The translations under genes were made by a program, and so were the position numbers. From an uncultured Verrucomicrobiae bacterium (GTDB lineage: Bacteria; Verrucomicrobiota; Verrucomicrobiia; Limisphaerales; Palsa-1400), in contig CAVXRD010000002.1 of the NCBI GenBank assembly GCA_963764165.1, forward strand, positions 1,824,001-1,888,000: a stretch of DNA of 64,000 bases. The letters are read 5' to 3'. Shown here one piece after another: positions 62,073 to 64,000 of the stretch. Every line of letters starts with the position of its first letter. Position 1 is the stretch's first letter. Below the pieces are notes generated by a model. The model did not search any database. It was not told the DNA's origin and saw nothing but the letters and a program-made list of their open reading frames with translations.

Positions 62073-63389
62073 TCAGTGATATAACAAATATGGTTCGCGG
62101 AGTTTGGAAAATTCCTCGATTCCCGGTTTGAAGCTCGCCGAAATTTGTGCCCCGGATTCCCCGCGTTCCAGGGCCTCGCGCACGGAGGATGTCCCCATGA
62201 CCTTGTCAAAGTAGGAGGCGTGAATTTCCAACTTGTCGCCGTAAAGCTGTTTGATCACCGCCAATTCCGCCAGCACGGTGGCCACCGGGCGGAAAGTGTT
62301 TCGGTCGGTCACGTGCAGTTGACAGCCGCCGCACTGCTTGCCGGAAAATTTGGAGAACGTTGGCGTGAAATAAACCTCGCGAAATTTCGCGCCCGGCAAA
62401 TGCAGCGCGTTTAACTTCTCCGCCAACACATAACCATCAATCCACGGCGCGCCGAAATATTTGAACGGCTTCGTTGTGCCGCGCCCTTCCGAAAGGCTTG
62501 TGCCCTCGAGCAGCACCTGTCCCGGATAAACCGTGGCGGTGTCAACCGTGGGAAGATTCGGCGAGGGCAGCACCCACGGCAGCGACGTTTCATCGAACCA
62601 TTCGTCGCGCTTCCAACTCTCCATCGGCACAACAGTGAGATTGGCTTTATTGGTGAGAAACTGGCCGTTGAAGAGCCGTGCCATCTCTCCCAGCGTCATG
62701 CCATGCCGCAAAGGAATCGGATACAGCCCGATGAACGAACTATGCTTCGGATACTCAAGGATCGGCCCCTCCATCAGCACGCCGTTGATCGGATTTGGCC
62801 TGTCAAGCACAATAAAAGGAATCTTGGCGTCCGCGCAGGCTTGCATCGCATAGGCCATCGTCGCGATGTAGGTGTAGACGCGCGTCCCGGCGTCCTGCAT
62901 GTCGAAGATCATCACATCAACCGACTGCATCATGCTGGGCTCGACTTGCTTGTCCGCATGCTGCGTGTCGAACTTGCGCATGTATTCATCGATGTTCGTC
63001 ATCATGTCCGCCGGGGGCTTGTGAGAGGGGCCGTATAAACTGAAAACGGGCAGCTTCAATTGCTCATCGTAATAAAATGCGACGTATTCCCCCGCCTGGG
63101 CGTTGCCGCGAACGCCGTGCTCCGGCCCGTAAAGCGCGACCAGCTTCACTTCGGGATGCGAGCGGAACAATTCAATGTCGCTCGTCAATTTGCTGTCGAG
63201 CCCGGTCGGATTTGTAATCAGGCCGACCCGCTTGCCGCGGATCAAATCCATGTGTTTCGCGAACAACACTTCGACGCCGAGTTTTGTCGGCGGCGGAAGC
63301 GCCGAGCACATTTCAGGCGCCGTACGCGTTTGGCAGCCCGCGATCACGGAAGCGACAGTGAGTGACATAAATAACCGGACGAGTTTCAT
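62073..63389 (-). CDS. namZ: Exo-beta-N-acetylmuramidase (DUF1343), lipoprotein
   Basis: VGLITNPTG, GPEHG, FDMQDAGTRVYTY, LDRPNP, RHGMTLGE, PSPN, SEGRGT; lipobox IAGC. Confidence 0.9.
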   Translation of the reverse strand: MKLVRLFMSLTVASVIAGCQTRTAPEMCSALPPPTKLGVEVLFAKHMDLIRGKRVGLITNPTGLDSKLTSDIELFRSHPEVKLVALYGPEHGVRGNAQAGEYVAFYYDEQLKLPVFSLYGPSHKPPADMMTNIDEYMRKFDTQHADKQVEPSMMQSVDVMIFDMQDAGTRVYTYIATMAYAMQACADAKIPFIVLDRPNPINGVLMEGPILEYPKHSSFIGLYPIPLRHGMTLGEMARLFNGQFLTNKANLTVVPMESWKRDEWFDETSLPWVLPSPNLPTVDTATVYPGQVLLEGTSLSEGRGTTKPFKYFGAPWIDGYVLAEKLNALHLPGAKFREVYFTPTFSKFSGKQCGGCQLHVTDRNTFRPVATVLAELAVIKQLYGDKLEIHASYFDKVMGTSSVREALERGESGAQISASFKPGIEEFSKLREPYLLYH

Positions 63390-63424
63390 TCGCGCGCAGC
63401 TCATTTTTTGCGGCAATGTTTATC

Positions 63425-63512
63425 TCCCTCTCTTCCACGAAGTGGAGGAGAGGGCCGGGGCGAGGAGGGGCTTAGCTCGGTTCCCCTCTCTCCGCGGAGC
63501 GGGGCGAGGGGA
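63425..63512. repeat. REP-like element, family B
   Basis: CCCTCTCTTCCAC..GTGGAGGAGAGGG and CCCCTCTCTCCGC..GCGGGGCGAGGGG hairpins. Confidence 0.6.
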
Positions 63513-63564
63513 CCAGCGAGACGCGAATTGGTTCTCGATTGTGGTAAATCGGGTTGGTCTCTTT

Positions 63565-64000
63565 TCATTCGTGTTTCAGGCAGCTTGTCTTGAGAAATTC
63601 GCAAAAGGCCTGGCGTTTGGCCACGACTTCGTCATGGGGCAGATCTGTATGAATAAACACCAATTTATTGTCGCGCAACGCACTTTCTGTTTCGGAGGCG
63701 GCGCCATCTTCCGTTGAGAAAAACGGCGTCTGTTGAGCCTTGTAGGAGGCCATTAATTTCTCCGTCTCTTCCTTCGTGCCGCCGTGATCGGTGTAAATGT
63801 TGAGCATGCGGCCATTCTCGCGTTTCTGCCAGGCGGCATAATTCTCCGTGCCGCCATATAGCGCGTCAAACAGCCACGCCTCCGCAATTTTGTCCGACAT
63901 CCCGCCGTGATCGAGCAGCGCCGCCATGACGTGGTAGCCACCGCTGTGACCGGAGACGATGATGCGGTTCACAGAAAACTCCGTGTTCGCCAGCGGCCCG
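63565..64000 (-). CDS. Alpha/beta-hydrolase-like protein (5' part outside the window)
   Basis: IIVSGHSGGY elbow, LFDALYG, PHDEV. Confidence 0.75.
   Translation of the reverse strand, partial: GPLANTEFSVNRIIVSGHSGGYHVMAALLDHGGMSDKIAEAWLFDALYGGTENYAAWQKRENGRMLNIYTDHGGTKEETEKLMASYKAQQTPFFSTEDGAASETESALRDNKLVFIHTDLPHDEVVAKRQAFCEFLKTSCLKHE

Noticed and set aside
1..64000. CRISPR array, rRNA, reverse transcriptase or cas genes
   Set aside because: No regularly spaced direct repeats with unique spacers and no such motifs seen. The repeats found are inverted pairs or short iteron-like motifs.

Overview
GC-rich bacterial chromosomal window. Gene content and repeat style suggest Verrucomicrobiota (Pedosphaerales-like; inference). 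Left part (1-16.6 kb): M16 peptidase, an HDOD/TPR/FlgN-like/sigma-54 regulator cluster, a BspA-type LRR protein, a DHH phosphoesterase, a beta-propeller phosphoesterase, a mutarotase and tRNA-Leu. Centre (17403-38230): a ~20.8 kb, more AT-rich integrative element at tRNA-Ser(GGA). Unusually, it duplicates the 5' half of the tRNA (43-bp direct repeat) and carries matching integrase arm-type repeats at both ends. It encodes a tyrosine integrase, Xis, an SSB-like protein, a wHTH initiator-like gene containing an iteron-like array, a D5/SF3 helicase and an ECF-sigma/PadR/membrane-protein triad. Its cargo is aat, an HNH fragment, and a giant internally duplicated Ig/beta-rich protein with a coupled partner gene. 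No capsid or conjugation genes are recognisable. Right part: a secreted Fn3 protein with an unrecognised 20-aa 'SRE' repeat, its upstream gene split by a clean IS630 insertion, GH43/GH92, small regulators, and a putative peptidoglycan-salvage cluster (NamZ, AmiE-like, Ala-Glu epimerase, C39 peptidase, MFS with an inserted domain, two GHSGG hydrolases). At least five REP/MITE-like inverted-repeat families occupy intergenic spaces. No CRISPR array or rRNA was seen. All family calls come from motif recognition by eye, not from database searches.
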